From Eubacteriales bacterium (GTDB lineage Bacteria; Bacillota; Clostridia; Oscillospirales; CAG-382): a stretch of DNA of 64,000 nucleotides. The position numbers were made by a program, and so were the translations under genes. Below, piece after piece: positions 63,091 through 64,000 of this stretch (positions are counted from its first letter, which is position 1; every line of letters begins with the position of its first letter). Under the pieces are notes generated by a model. That model saw only the letters and a program-made list of their open reading frames with translations. It was not told where the DNA came from and ran no database searches. The stretch is from positions 1,533-65,532 of the forward strand of contig JAZRTY010000013.1 in the NCBI GenBank assembly GCA_045652245.1, written 5' to 3'.

Positions 63091-63894
63091 ATGAAGGTGC
63101 GTGTTGTTACAGCAATTGTCGGACTTCTTGTGTTTATTCCGATATTGTTTTTTTCAAACGCGTTAATATTTAAAATAGTATATTCACTCCTGTCTTTGAT
63201 ATCGGCATTTGAGATGCTACGTTGTGTAGGAGTTGTCAGAAAATTCTTGTTATCAATTCCATTACTTGCTTTTTCTGCATTGTTCCCGTTACTTACTGCT
63301 GTTCCTTCCGAGTATAGCTATCTTGCGGTAATTATCGCAATGCTTTACTGCATGGTAACAGTAGTTATATACAGTGGAGCACTTTCAATACAAGATACAA
63401 GTGTTGCTTTTGTTTCTGTATTCTTTATCTCCCTTGCGTATGCTTGTATTGTAAGTATAAGAGAAAGCTTTTCATACGTTTTTCTTCTTGTATATATCGG
63501 TGCATGGATTTCTGATACCTTTGCATATCTTGTCGGTATGAATCTTGGAAAAACGCCACTTATGCCACAGGTTTCTCCAAATAAAACTGTTGAAGGAGCA
63601 ATTGGTGGGGTAGCTGCCGTTATGCTTGCATATCCTGTATTCGGATATATTATCCAAAGGATTACAGATTACAAGGTTAGTTTTATTTTGCTTGTGGTTG
63701 TAGGGCTGTTTGCGTCGCTTCTTTCACAAATAGGTGACCTTATTATGTCTGCAATAAAGCGTTGCTATGGTATAAAGGATTACGGACGTATTTTCCCCGG
63801 ACACGGTGGTATGCTCGACAGATTTGACAGTACTCTTATTATAGCTCCGATGCTTTGTATTTGTCTGAATGTATTTAAAATCTTTTATGTATAA
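63091..63894 (+). CDS. cdsA: phosphatidate cytidylyltransferase
   Basis: 267 aa, polytopic, C-terminal SxxKRxxxxKDxGxxxPGHGGxxDRxDS. Confidence 0.93.
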   Translation: MKVRVVTAIVGLLVFIPILFFSNALIFKIVYSLLSLISAFEMLRCVGVVRKFLLSIPLLAFSALFPLLTAVPSEYSYLAVIIAMLYCMVTVVIYSGALSIQDTSVAFVSVFFISLAYACIVSIRESFSYVFLLVYIGAWISDTFAYLVGMNLGKTPLMPQVSPNKTVEGAIGGVAAVMLAYPVFGYIIQRITDYKVSFILLVVVGLFASLLSQIGDLIMSAIKRCYGIKDYGRIFPGHGGMLDRFDSTLIIAPMLCICLNVFKIFYV

Positions 63895-63899
63895 GAGTT

Positions 63900-63937
63900 G
63901 GGTATTGAACGTGTAATTTTTTGTTCAATACCCTTTT
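63900..63937 (+). terminator. stem-loop / terminator after cdsA
   Basis: GGGTATTGAAC / GTTCAATACCC 11-bp stem plus TTTT. Confidence 0.65.
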
Positions 63938-63952
63938 GCTTTTGGAGGAAAA

Positions 63953-64000
63953 ATGACAGAAAAAATAACTATTCTCGGTTCATCCGGTTCAATCGGCACA
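63953..64000 (+). CDS. dxr: 1-deoxy-D-xylulose 5-phosphate reductoisomerase (3' end outside window)
   Basis: GGAGG lies 5 nt upstream. MTEKITILGSSGSIGT is the Dxr NADPH-binding N-terminus. Conserved uppS-cdsA-dxr order. Confidence 0.85.
   Translation, partial: MTEKITILGSSGSIGT

Noticed and set aside
1-64000. CRISPR arrays, tRNA/rRNA genes, transposases, integrases, prophage or defence-system genes
   Set aside because: I scanned the intergenic regions and all ORFs over 60 aa and found no repeat-spacer arrays, tRNA-like cloverleaf cores or mobile-element/defence signatures. A tRNAscan or covariance-model run would be needed to be definitive.

Overview
This is a 64-kb chromosomal segment from a low-GC, endospore-forming Firmicute. 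It looks Clostridia-like (spoVM, spoIID, dpaAB, a DUF3794/LysM coat-type protein); no finer taxon can be supported from sequence alone. I found no rRNA, tRNA, CRISPR, transposase, integrase or phage genes. Bases 1-8.1 kb hold a complete, tightly packed histidine operon (hisZGDCBHAF-IE plus a PHP histidinol phosphatase). Bases 8-29 kb are mixed housekeeping and accessory genes: rubrerythrin divergent from a fused feoAB, birA, lemA/DUF2207, a GntP-like permease, two SGNH hydrolases, a K+/H+ antiporter, alaA, an acyl-CoA ligase-tetR-hlyIII unit, cyclophilin and dpaAB. Bases 29-35.6 kb are a minus-strand block with jag-yidC-yidD-rnpA-rpmH (no adjacent dnaA), tyrS and two tandem paralogous esterases. 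Bases 35.9-45.5 kb carry comEC, a DUF2344 protein, a DHHW protein, sporulation genes (including an ORF-track-invisible 23-aa spoVM) and htrA. The stand-out region is 45.5-58.5 kb, a glycyl-radical-enzyme bacterial microcompartment (BMC) locus. It encodes the GRE and its activase, PduU/PduV-like proteins, a class II aldolase, a DUF336 protein, a Zn-ADH, four BMC-H, one BMC-P, PduS, a PduT-type BMC-T, a DeoR regulator and an Fe-ADH. It resembles the fucose/rhamnose (GRM5-type) class but has no acylating aldehyde dehydrogenase or phosphotransacylase. It also has an activase without the ferredoxin insert, three cargo proteins with encapsulation-peptide-like termini, and a duplicated CA-rich, phased-A-tract element in front of two near-consensus promoters. 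The window ends with MATE, rbsK and the conserved pyrH-frr-uppS-cdsA-dxr cluster. All functional calls come from reading the translated ORFs and motifs by eye; no database search was run.
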